Part shown: positions 27,295 to 35,523 of the stretch, piece by piece
Layout: each line of letters starts with the position of its first letter
Numbering within the stretch: position 1 is the first letter of the stretch
Source of the DNA: a virus
Lineage: Duplodnaviria > Caudoviricetes
Reading direction: 5' to 3' (one strand)
IMG/VR virus record: IMGVR_UViG_3300044795_000055
Span: 1 to 43,029 of that record
DNA: 43,029 nucleotides
The notes under the pieces: model-generated
What the model saw: the letters and a program-made list of their open reading frames with translations, nothing else
The model's database searches: none
What the model was told of the DNA's origin: nothing
Translations under genes and position numbers: made by a program

Positions 27295-28103
27295 CAAACC
27301 TCGCAGAGACCTTCACATTCGTTGATGAAGTCCATCTGACCGAAGTCCTCTGCAGTGCGGAAGTCCGCCTCGCTCAGCGGCGTGAGCGATCTATGCACAT
27401 AAAGCTTTTCGGTGCTGCCGCGATAGCCATCCCGTATCGCTTCATCCATCCGCACCGCATCGGCAAACGCTTCAGGCTCATTGTCGCGCAAGTCCTTCCA
27501 GGCGCGATCCGAGCGGTACGGACAGTAAGTGCATGCCGACTTCGGCGGCGTCGGCAACCCGTTCTTCTTGAACCACTCGAGGCAGTGCCCGCGCGTGATG
27601 CCACGCTCGACAAGCGGAAAGACGTTGCGCAAATACGGCAAGTGATTCGGCTTCATGCGCAGCGCTTCATCGGCACTGATGCCGAGAATCACTTCCGCGA
27701 GTATCCCTTCCGGCCTGCGACCACGCTTGAGTCCCAGCAGCTCGCGTTGCTTCTTGGCGAGCGGTGCTAACTTGAAATCGTGCGTGCATTGGCGCGGCAG
27801 CATGCCGTGGTCGCGCCCGGTCGTGGTCGTAAAGAATGGTGGTCCGCCGCTCCCCGACTTCGCTTGCGATACCCGCGACATGATGCTCTCGCGCAAGCGC
27901 TCGCCCGAGCGATAGCCCACCACGCAGTGGACCGGGAAGGGCAGCTGTGGAATCAGCGCTTCCAGATGCCGGTAAACCGAGGGTGGCTCAGAACCCGTGT
28001 CCGCGAAGATTGCTGCGTCGATCCCGAGCCAACCCTCACGCGCCTCGCGCAGCGCTATGTATGTCGACTGCACGCCCGCCCCGAGCGATAGGAATCGCTT
28101 CAT
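27294..28103 (-). CDS. PAPS-reductase-like PP-loop protein
   Basis: LSLGAGVQST, AIFADTGSE, RQCT.DFK, GISADE..R, PPKSAC.YCPY, terminal ECEGLC. Confidence 0.8.
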   Translation of the reverse strand: MKRFLSLGAGVQSTYIALREAREGWLGIDAAIFADTGSEPPSVYRHLEALIPQLPFPVHCVVGYRSGERLRESIMSRVSQAKSGSGGPPFFTTTTGRDHGMLPRQCTHDFKLAPLAKKQRELLGLKRGRRPEGILAEVILGISADEALRMKPNHLPYLRNVFPLVERGITRGHCLEWFKKNGLPTPPKSACTYCPYRSDRAWKDLRDNEPEAFADAVRMDEAIRDGYRGSTEKLYVHRSLTPLSEADFRTAEDFGQMDFINECEGLCEV

Positions 28104-28118
28104 GGCTAGTCCTCCGTG

Positions 28119-28349
28119 TCAGCCCGTCCATCGTGGGTAATGCCTCTGCTTGTCAGTCGAGCGTTCCACGATCTGTCCCACCCATGGCATATTCGGTCGC
28201 GGCAGGTAGCGCAGCGCGTAGCTTGGACACTCGTAGCAACCGAGTCCCGCCATGCTCGCCGCTCCGTACCAACGTCGCCGGTTGCACTCATCCTCGTGCG
28301 GACAAAGCGCATCCACCTGGGCGGGATTAATAGTTAGCGACTTGCGCAT
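28119..28349 (-). CDS. Small Cys-containing hypothetical protein
   Basis: Fills the operon gap; CPHEDEC...CYEC. An alternative frame (28106-28312) is possible. Confidence 0.4.
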   Translation of the reverse strand: MRKSLTINPAQVDALCPHEDECNRRRWYGAASMAGLGCYECPSYALRYLPRPNMPWVGQIVERSTDKQRHYPRWTG

Positions 28350-28974
28350 AATCCGGCGGCGCTCCCTGCACACCCAACCACTTCACCCGGTTGCAATCCC
28401 ACCTGTTCGCCGCCGGGTACTTCGCAGGCCCGATGTGCCGCAAGTTGCCGTCGTAAGGCCAGCCTGCCTGACACCCCCGGCACAACCAGGGACATCCCCG
28501 CATCGAACACCCGCCACTGAAGCCCGGTATGCTTCGCTGCGGACAACCCCCGGCGCAGCGCGCTATCTGCGCAAGTCCGAAATCCGGCATCGCGCCACCA
28601 AACATCACCCAGCCGCGCCACGGGTCGGGCATAGGCCAGGGATCAGGCCAGGAGGGCGGTCGTATGTGATCACCACACCACGCCCACGGGTCGCGCGCAC
28701 TCCAGGCACCGACAAACCGTTGCCACTGCCAAGGCCAGCCCCAACCCCACCACGCCTCTTCCGAAGTCACCCACGGGACCGAAGGCATCCAAGTGCCGAC
28801 GCTACTGCCGTGGCGGAACACCCGGATGCCGTGCCGCCGCAGCTCACGCGCCAGTCGGTCGCAACCACCTTCTGTCAGCTGCAAGCACCCGGTCGTGGGA
28901 TCCGACTCGAGCGTCGACTGCATCGCGTTGGTGATCACGCTCCCCATCGTCGTGAACTGCTTGCATGCCATCAT
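28327..28974 (-). CDS. Trp/Pro/Cys-rich hypothetical protein
   Basis: TGATG coupling to upstream gene; AWWGWGWPWQW and several Cys pairs. Confidence 0.55.
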   Translation of the reverse strand: MMACKQFTTMGSVITNAMQSTLESDPTTGCLQLTEGGCDRLARELRRHGIRVFRHGSSVGTWMPSVPWVTSEEAWWGWGWPWQWQRFVGAWSARDPWAWCGDHIRPPSWPDPWPMPDPWRGWVMFGGAMPDFGLAQIARCAGGCPQRSIPGFSGGCSMRGCPWLCRGCQAGWPYDGNLRHIGPAKYPAANRWDCNRVKWLGVQGAPPDYAQVANY

Positions 28975-30533
28975 CAGCGCACCCTCCGCGCACTGATCAC
29001 GCCTTTGCACTCGACACTGCCGGTAAACACTGCCTGCTGCACGCAGTAAATCGTCGCGGATGCCGCCAGATTGAAGCGCACGCGCGGCGTCGTCATTGCC
29101 ACTACGTTGCCACCCTCAACCTGCGAGGCAATCGCTAAATCAGTGTGCGTGCCATCGGTCCCCAGTGCCTGCGAGATGCCACTCGCACCCACGATCATCA
29201 GGTTGAAAGAGGTAGTCGCACTGGGTCGCCATGACCCCGTGCAAAGCACATCCCAGTCGCCCGCTGTCAGCGTCACCGAGGTCGTATTCGTAAATGCCCC
29301 GGAGGTCACTGCTGCCCACGTCGTTTCCTGATGGATGTACTCCCCGACAAACCCCGGTGCCGCATCGTTGTTGGTCGTAGTCCCCGGAATCCAGTAACCC
29401 GTGGCCGCATTCGCTTCCCACTGGATCTGCTTCGGCGGCGTGCCAAGCGCTCCACCACCGTCCGGTTCCAGAATGATCGAGTTACCTGTCGGCCACGAGG
29501 TGAGTCCTACCTGACCACCGGGTTCCGCCCACAGCATGTGATTGTCAGGCGGCGAATACCCAGGCTGCACTACCTGCCACGGTGCCGTGAACGTCGCACC
29601 CGTCGTCGGAATCCCCGAGGAATCCTCGACCTTCTTTACCCACATCACACTGTGCGCTTTCACAATCGTCGCGTTCGCACTTGAGTTCCGCTGCGCCCAC
29701 TGCACGCCTAGTACCCCAGCCCCACTCACCGTCGCAGTCCCTTCCCACACCAGCATGTTGTTGTTCACACCACCGAGCAACGCGAACTGCGCAAACATCC
29801 CAGTGGGCAACTGCGGGGCTTGCGGTCCCGACGCCCAGGTGGCATTCACTTCACCATTCATGTAGCCGTAGTAGAACTCTCCACCTCCCCACACCCACGC
29901 ACCGGGATTGGAAAAGTTCATGCACATCTGATACCCAGGCGTGTCACCCGTGGGACCACTCGGATACGGTCCCACCGCTATGCTCAAGACACACTTGTAG
30001 TAGTAAGTGCCCGCCCCCGGCAGCGTGATCTGCAGATCAGGATCCACAGTCGGCGTCGCATTGCTCGCCCGCGAGGTGTCGACTGTCTTCTCCGCCGTGA
30101 TGACAGCTCCATCAACGGCACCACCACCCCCGCCGCCAGTCGGACTCTGGTTCACCCACTTGCCGAGAGAGGCATTCCACGTCAGCACCTGTCCGTTCTG
30201 CGGATTGGAAACCTGCACATCGGACAACGCTCCGATGGAACCCCCGCCACCGCCACCTCCACCTCCCGGCCAGGGCATCACGCTCCCCGCACCGGGATTG
30301 GAATTCGGCACCGTCACCACCCCTGGCAGCGCCTCTAACCGTTGCGCAAAGCACCGCAAGCAATAGCGATTGCTCCAGCCCCAGCGCGCCGACCACCGAA
30401 ACTGTAACCAGTCGGCATGCATCCCATGAACGCTACAGCTGTACGTCTGAGGCCACGTCTGACAAATGAATGGATCCCCAGTCGGTCCCCACATCCCAGG
30501 CTGCATCACCTCCGGGTCAATCACACTGCTCAC
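28974..30533 (-). CDS. Second fibre-like protein sharing modules with the tail fibre
   Basis: LSDVQVSNPQNGQVLTWN repeat; WPTGNSIILEPDGGGALG shared with 13218-16109; C-terminal GTTTN..A..G.VGE...LTAGDWDV domain. Confidence 0.7.
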   Translation of the reverse strand: MSSVIDPEVMQPGMWGPTGDPFICQTWPQTYSCSVHGMHADWLQFRWSARWGWSNRYCLRCFAQRLEALPGVVTVPNSNPGAGSVMPWPGGGGGGGGGSIGALSDVQVSNPQNGQVLTWNASLGKWVNQSPTGGGGGGAVDGAVITAEKTVDTSRASNATPTVDPDLQITLPGAGTYYYKCVLSIAVGPYPSGPTGDTPGYQMCMNFSNPGAWVWGGGEFYYGYMNGEVNATWASGPQAPQLPTGMFAQFALLGGVNNNMLVWEGTATVSGAGVLGVQWAQRNSSANATIVKAHSVMWVKKVEDSSGIPTTGATFTAPWQVVQPGYSPPDNHMLWAEPGGQVGLTSWPTGNSIILEPDGGGALGTPPKQIQWEANAATGYWIPGTTTNNDAAPGFVGEYIHQETTWAAVTSGAFTNTTSVTLTAGDWDVLCTGSWRPSATTSFNLMIVGASGISQALGTDGTHTDLAIASQVEGGNVVAMTTPRVRFNLAASATIYCVQQAVFTGSVECKGVISARRVR

Positions 30534-30739
30534 GCTTCCTCCTCCTTGTCCTCCTCCTCGTCCTCTTCCTCTTCATCCTCGTCGTCGTCCTCTGTCACCG
30601 CTGCCGCTACCGCCAGCGCCTGCGCCAGCGAATCGATCACCCGGTTCTGCACGTCAATAATCCTCAACAACCCATCAGTCCCCGGATTGCCATCGTCCTC
30701 GTGCCCAAACCCTTTGCTCTTCTTACCCTTGAAAGCCAT
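30530..30739 (-). CDS. Small protein with highly acidic C-terminal tail
   Basis: RBS GGAGAG; 18 of the last 20 residues are D/E. Confidence 0.65.
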   Translation of the reverse strand: MAFKGKKSKGFGHEDDGNPGTDGLLRIIDVQNRVIDSLAQALAVAAAVTEDDDEDEEEEDEEEDKEEEA

Positions 30740-30740
30740 G

Positions 30741-31145
30741 TCACTCTCCCTTTAAATGATCCAGCACCGCAGCCGAATCCCCACTAAACCATCCCCGCGA
30801 GGCCGCACGCCTCATATAAGTGTCCTGCCGCCGCAAACTCCCCTCATCCCCTTGCCCTCGAGTACGCAACGTCGCTGGCGTCGCATACACCACCACTACC
30901 TCCACCTCGTGCCCTCTACGCTGCAACGGTCCCGTCACGTCCTCGACCGAAAACGGTGTCTCACACAGCACCCGCCCGCGACCACTCGTCAGCGTCGCCG
31001 CATCCCCTATGTCCCGCACATACGCCGCGCGACCCTTGGTGCTGTACGCATCGTGCGGCAAATAGTGATAACCCTCCTTCAACCGCTCACACACCCAGCT
31101 CTTGCCTGACCCAGGTACTCCCACCACTACCGTCACCCTGCCCAT
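30741..31145 (-). CDS. P-loop nucleotide-kinase-like protein
   Basis: VVVGVPGSGKS Walker A at the N-terminus; lid-like TLRTR. Confidence 0.72.
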   Translation of the reverse strand: MGRVTVVVGVPGSGKSWVCERLKEGYHYLPHDAYSTKGRAAYVRDIGDAATLTSGRGRVLCETPFSVEDVTGPLQRRGHEVEVVVVYATPATLRTRGQGDEGSLRRQDTYMRRAASRGWFSGDSAAVLDHLKGE

Positions 31146-31146
31146 G

Positions 31147-31398
31147 TCACTTCATCCCCCGCACACGTCCTCCACCCGCCCGAAACATCCCCCGCGCCGC
31201 AGCCTGCAATTGCCCCAACGCCTCCTCCGCACACGCCTGACACCCCTCAATGAAACTGTTCGTAGTCCCATTGCAGCGCGCCGGATCCGTCAGCCCCACA
31301 CGCTCCGCCCAATACCACCCCGCCTCGTGCCCTGAACAATCGTCCGTGCAAGGCTTGCCCAACGCCCGCCACCCCGCCTTGCTCGCTGGCATCGGCAT
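31147..31398 (-). CDS. Small Cys-rich hypothetical protein
   Basis: PCTDDCSGHEAGWYWA...C...SFIEGC motif; TGATG-coupled start. Confidence 0.65.
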   Translation of the reverse strand: MPMPASKAGWRALGKPCTDDCSGHEAGWYWAERVGLTDPARCNGTTNSFIEGCQACAEEALGQLQAAARGMFRAGGGRVRGMK

Positions 31399-31697
31399 CA
31401 CGGCATCCTCTTCACCCAATCCACTGGCTGCGCTCTACCTCTCATCCGTAGGTGAATCCCCAAGTTCTGCCAGCGCTGCGCCGAAGGCGACTCCTCCCAA
31501 ATCGGTATCACCCGCGAAACTGGTGCGACAAAAGAAACAGCAAGACCAACGCCCAAATCACTACCGCTAGCCACAGGATCACCCTCCTCACTGAGCATCC
31601 GCCGCATCAGTGGCGATGCGTTGTATATGTCAATAACCATCTGCGGCACCGCATACCACTCCCTCTCCACCGGATCCCAAACAAACGGATTCCTCAC
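31398..31697 (-). CDS. 99-aa protein containing a capsid-like peptide
   Basis: GTGA and TGATG coupling on either side; VPQMVIDIYNASPLM matches capsid residues 30-44. Confidence 0.65.
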   Translation of the reverse strand: MRNPFVWDPVEREWYAVPQMVIDIYNASPLMRRMLSEEGDPVASGSDLGVGLAVSFVAPVSRVIPIWEESPSAQRWQNLGIHLRMRGRAQPVDWVKRMP

Positions 31698-31927
31698 TGC
31701 GACGCACCCGCTGCGCTCGACGGCTGCGCCGCCCACCCCTGCCGCCGCGCCCAGTCATTCATCGCCGCACACGCCACACCAAACCTCCCCACCGCTTCCC
31801 CCTGCGTCCAACTCTCCCTCAAACACGCCTCCAATAACTGCCGCGCTGTCGCCTTGTCCGACTCACTCAAATGCTCACACCCCACCATCCCCAGGACTAA
31901 CGTCGCGAAGACAACCGTGTACCGCAT
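31694..31927 (-). CDS. Putative lipoprotein
   Basis: RBS GAGGAG; MRYTVVFATLVLGMVG-C signal and lipobox. Confidence 0.6.
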   Translation of the reverse strand: MRYTVVFATLVLGMVGCEHLSESDKATARQLLEACLRESWTQGEAVGRFGVACAAMNDWARRQGWAAQPSSAAGASQ

Positions 31928-32089
31928 GCCAGCTTCTCCTCATGGGCAGGTCTTCGGCGCTCCCGGCCTGCCAGCGGGTGTGGCGAACAGGTCCAAGGCG
32001 CGCCTATGAGGAGCAGGCGACGCCACCCGCCCGCGCCGCGCCAAACCATACCCCTTTGCTAGCCCCCACTCCACCCCTGTGCATAACCT

Positions 32090-32640
32090 GTGAATTTTTT
32101 TTGGGGGTGGGAAGTGTGGCGACCCCGGAGCGCCGGCGTCCGCAAGACTTGACAAACGGGAAAATCCGAGCTCGGGATTTCGGGTCCTGGGGGCGCGCCA
32201 GGACCTGGGAGCGATGTTAGATGTTAGGTCGCGCGCGCGCGCGATGTTAGGACTCGAGCTGCCGCGACCAGGGTGACCAGGCGCACGCGGGAAATCCAGT
32301 ATTCACTTCGCGCTGTGCGGAAAAGCCTATATTTCCAGGCTTTTTCGAGCGGCGCGCTAACTCGTATCGTTGCTGTTATGTTGGAAGTTAGGATCCGCGA
32401 GAGGACTCGAGGTCCAGGCATGTTAGTTGACAACGCGCGAGGTCGGCGGCAGTCACGACTGTGCGAGTTATGCCTGGACCTGGCGCGCGCACCTTATAGG
32501 GGTTACCAGGACTTCGGAGGGAGAATTGCCTTAGCACAGCTCTGGCTCAGCTGTCAAATCGGTGCCAGGGTTTGCTATGCCCAAGGCACTATGGCAGAAT
32601 GCCCGTCATTGGATAGCGCGTCAGACAGCGCGCTGAAGCG
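32090..32640. other. Repeat-rich non-coding divergence region; candidate packaging/terminus and promoter region
   Basis: T7 and G-rich tracts, (CG)7, four ATGTTAG copies, two GGACTCGAG copies, 12-bp inverted repeat 32410-32421/32470-32481, TTGACA boxes. Confidence 0.55.
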
Positions 32641-32649
32641 AGGACTCTA

Positions 32650-33030
32650 ATGAAAGTTCGTGTTCACTTTAACCTGCACACTCACTTGTGGAGTGTGGTC
32701 AGCCTGGAGCGCGGCACAGACTACGGTCGTGTGATTGCGCACGAATCGCAGCTGACGCTGAGTGACTGTACGTTCAAGGTCAGCGAATCGACCCGGCAGC
32801 GCACGCTGAAGATGAAGAAGAGGACCGTTCACGCCTATGTGGTCGGGACTTGGCAGCGTGGCGCGGGAAAGAATCTGACAGCTGCGACGGTACAGAGCTG
32901 TGGTGCGCAGCGTGTCACTTATAACCCTTTCCGTGCCGGTCATTTTCACATCGCTGGCGACGTCGCTGCCGAAGTCTGGTCAGCGCGCAAAGTCTGGTTC
33001 ATTGACCAGGCAGCCTATTTCATCCCGTAA
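32650..33030 (+). CDS. Early phage protein
   Basis: VRVHFNLH...WSV...FKVSE..RQR....KRTVHAYV.G...VTYNPF pattern familiar from phage early genes; GAGGAC leader. Confidence 0.75.
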   Translation: MKVRVHFNLHTHLWSVVSLERGTDYGRVIAHESQLTLSDCTFKVSESTRQRTLKMKKRTVHAYVVGTWQRGAGKNLTAATVQSCGAQRVTYNPFRAGHFHIAGDVAAEVWSARKVWFIDQAAYFIP

Positions 33031-33050
33031 CCCTGAGGACAATCACGACT

Positions 33051-33185
33051 ATGTACTACTTCACGACACGAGCTGCGGCGCAGGAATACGCGCTGAGCAT
33101 TTACGAGGGATTCCCTCTTTCCATTTACTACAGTGCAGCGCGTCAAGCCTGGTTTGTGGCAGCTGCGAGCGAGGACTTCCGATGA
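33051..33185 (+). CDS. 44-aa early protein (not in ORF track)
   Basis: GAGGACAAT leader; MYYFTTRAAAQEYA...; ATGA coupling to the next gene. Confidence 0.6.
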   Translation: MYYFTTRAAAQEYALSIYEGFPLSIYYSAARQAWFVAAASEDFR

Positions 33186-33406
33186 ACAAGCCTGAGACAA
33201 TCGACAACGCTGACCTGTGGGCAGCGATTCGCGGGAACCACATGTGGTCAGCTGACGCGAGCGAACTGCGCGCGTTGTTCCTGGCGCACAAAGACAGCGA
33301 TGCGTTCGCGTCGCGCGTGATTTGTGAGGCAGCGTGGCAGGTCATGCTAGCGCGGCACACTGCCGGTAACACCAAGGCTGCACTGCGCGCGATAGGTGCG
33401 CTGTGA
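33182..33406 (+). CDS. Early hypothetical protein
   Basis: CGAGGAC leader; coupled at both ends. Confidence 0.65.
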   Translation: MNKPETIDNADLWAAIRGNHMWSADASELRALFLAHKDSDAFASRVICEAAWQVMLARHTAGNTKAALRAIGAL

Positions 33407-33663
33407 AGACTTACGAGCTGATTTGCACCGACTGTGCGCTGTACATCAATGACGGCACAGAGGCAGAGGACCGTGCGACTGCGCTGCGGGTCAAGTATGC
33501 CGTGACCGATGCGGTCGGAGACTGCGGTTACTGGTATCTGACCGGCGATGAAGAAGAGTTCAGCTGGGCAGCGTGCGACTGCTGTGGCAGCAAACTTGGC
33601 GGGATGCGCCATGGCGCGACGTTGATGCGCAGCAACGCGGACAGCGGATCCGACAAAGCCTGA
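33403..33663 (+). CDS. Early Zn-binding hypothetical protein
   Basis: ICTDC...FSWAACDCCGSKLGG.RH. Confidence 0.7.
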   Translation: MKTYELICTDCALYINDGTEAEDRATALRVKYAVTDAVGDCGYWYLTGDEEEFSWAACDCCGSKLGGMRHGATLMRSNADSGSDKA

Positions 33664-33748
33664 GTGACTCTGGTTTGCCAGGTCAGAGCTGGCAAACGTG
33701 TTTCCACTCACGCGCGCGCGACAACGCGCGCATCACAAGCGAGGACCT

Positions 33749-33946
33749 ATGTTTAACCTGAAGATCACGACTGAGTCTGCAGCCTTTTTCGACACCTATG
33801 GTCGCAGCGACCCTGGCGCGGAGGTCGCGCGAATCCTGCGCCAGCTGGCAGACAAGCTGGAAAGCGACTATCCCCGTGCCAAAGACTACGCGACCATACT
33901 GGACGCAAACGGCAACGCGACGGGACTGTGGACGGTAACCCCGTGA
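33749..33946 (+). CDS. Early phage hypothetical protein
   Basis: SAAF...EVARILRQLA...DANGN pattern; CGAGGAC leader. Confidence 0.72.
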   Translation: MFNLKITTESAAFFDTYGRSDPGAEVARILRQLADKLESDYPRAKDYATILDANGNATGLWTVTP

Positions 33947-34695
33947 GTCCCGTAGCAGCTGCGGTCAGCGACACGCTGAACATCAGTAAGACCAGCAAGC
34001 TGGACGGGGTGCGGTCGTGGTCGCTTGAAGCGCTTGCGACCTGTCCAGGGTCACGGGACCTTGAGACTGGTCTGCTAGTGCCAGCGTGCGCGGGATGCTA
34101 CGCGACCACGAATTTCTATCTAATGCCCGACAGCAAGCGAGTCCGCGCTGAGAATAAAGAAGACTGGCAGCGCGACGAATGGGAAAGCGACATGGTCGCT
34201 GAGCTGCGGAAAGACCGTTGGTTCCGATGGTTCGACTCTGGCGACATGTATACGGTCACGCTAGCCTGGAAAATCTACCGGGTCATGCGCGACACGCCAC
34301 ACGTCAAGCATTGGTTGCCGACCCGGTGCCACAAGTTCGCAAAGTATGCAGAGGTCCTGGCAGCGATGCAGGCACTGCCCAATGTGATGGTGCGCTTCAG
34401 CTCTGACCATGTGGACGGGACCTATACGGAAGGTTTGCACGGGTCCTGCATCATCCCGACAGCTGACAAGCTGCCCAATGGGGTGCAGCTCTGCCACGCT
34501 GCGAACAATGACGGCAAATGCGGACCCTGCCGTGCCTGTTATGACCGGGATGTGCCAGTCATTGGCTACGTTGCTCACGGTGCCAAGATGAACAAGGTCC
34601 TGCGCGGTATCGGGATAGTTGTCGAGAAACACGCGCGGCCCGCGACCACGGCAGCTCGAGTTCCAGGCCGCGCACGCGCGAAAAAGGCAGCGTGA
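33943..34695 (+). CDS. Gp88-like (radical-SAM-like Cys cluster) protein
   Basis: SKTSKL..SWSL...CPG...C.GCYA, FRWFDSGD, HWLPTR, C..CRAC. Confidence 0.75.
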   Translation: MSPVAAAVSDTLNISKTSKLDGVRSWSLEALATCPGSRDLETGLLVPACAGCYATTNFYLMPDSKRVRAENKEDWQRDEWESDMVAELRKDRWFRWFDSGDMYTVTLAWKIYRVMRDTPHVKHWLPTRCHKFAKYAEVLAAMQALPNVMVRFSSDHVDGTYTEGLHGSCIIPTADKLPNGVQLCHAANNDGKCGPCRACYDRDVPVIGYVAHGAKMNKVLRGIGIVVEKHARPATTAARVPGRARAKKAA

Positions 34696-34758
34696 CTGCC
34701 GGAACTTTAACCCCCTTTGCTACTCTCACTCTATGCTCTGACAAAGCGAGGACAATCG

Positions 34759-35001
34759 ATGAAGACTCAGACTCAATTCACACCAGGCACGCGCGTCGCG
34801 TATGCGCGCGCATTCCTTCGGAACACCGGACAGGTCACGGGATGGGCAGCGTTCGCGCGCGGCGCAGTCGTGTCGGTCGACCCCAAACCCTTCGGTAAGA
34901 ACGTCGTGGTACGGGTCCAATGGGATGACGGCAGCGGTCCCAATGGGGTCCTGAGCTGCAACCTTGTGCGGGTCGACCGTATGCACTTGGAGGCAGTGTA
35001 A
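34759..35001 (+). CDS. Small SH3-like early protein
   Basis: F.PG.RV...G.VVSV...VRVQWDDG...NL pattern; CGAGGACAATCGATG leader. Confidence 0.65.
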   Translation: MKTQTQFTPGTRVAYARAFLRNTGQVTGWAAFARGAVVSVDPKPFGKNVVVRVQWDDGSGPNGVLSCNLVRVDRMHLEAV

Positions 35002-35267
35002 TGATTGCCACGACCTTCTTTGCCTTTCGCGGCACCATCCCGATGGTCTATGTGGACTCCATCGGGGTCAGCGCGCGCCACGCTGACGCTGCGCACGTTC
35101 GCGCATTCGCTGACCGGGCAGCTCGCGCGTCACTCATTCGCTTTCTGGTCTGGAATGACCCCAATGGTTGCTATTCCGACCGGGATCACAAGCTGGAATT
35201 CGACCGGGTCGCGACCACCGATGAGCTGCGCGCGTGCGTTCACTTGGTTGCCGATGAGATGGTGTAA
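35001..35267 (+). CDS. Early hypothetical protein
   Basis: TAATG coupling; LVWNDPNGCYSD.D motif. Confidence 0.65.
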   Translation: MIATTFFAFRGTIPMVYVDSIGVSARHADAAHVRAFADRAARASLIRFLVWNDPNGCYSDRDHKLEFDRVATTDELRACVHLVADEMV

Positions 35268-35271
35268 GCCT

Positions 35272-35523
35272 ATGCCACTCACGACTGGCAATTGGGACTC
35301 CCGGCTTTTGGACGCTGCCCACGCTTATGCCGCGAAGCGCTCGCGCGAGACCGGCAAAGCCTACGGGGTGTGGGTCAGGGATCCGCGCGTTTACGCGGCA
35401 CTGAACTGCCGCGAGAACAAAGCGATGTATGAGGCACTGGGTGCCACGCGCGTCGCGCTCTATAAACAAGGTTCACTTTCCGACAACGTCACACGAGGAC
35501 AATCCGATGAGCAAGCGTATTGA
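35272..35523 (+). CDS. Early hypothetical protein
   Basis: Fills the array gap; ATG 4 nt after the previous stop. Confidence 0.55.
   Translation: MPLTTGNWDSRLLDAAHAYAAKRSRETGKAYGVWVRDPRVYAALNCRENKAMYEALGATRVALYKQGSLSDNVTRGQSDEQAY

Noticed and set aside
28277-28295. 19-nt near-repeat gccggttgcactc(a/g)tcctc, also at 40921 (both encode EDECNR)
   Set aside because: Only two copies, within coding DNA, with no flanking similarity; cannot be distinguished from chance.
32273-32650. 125-aa ORF across the hinge region
   Set aside because: No RBS, runs through repeats, non-protein-like composition.
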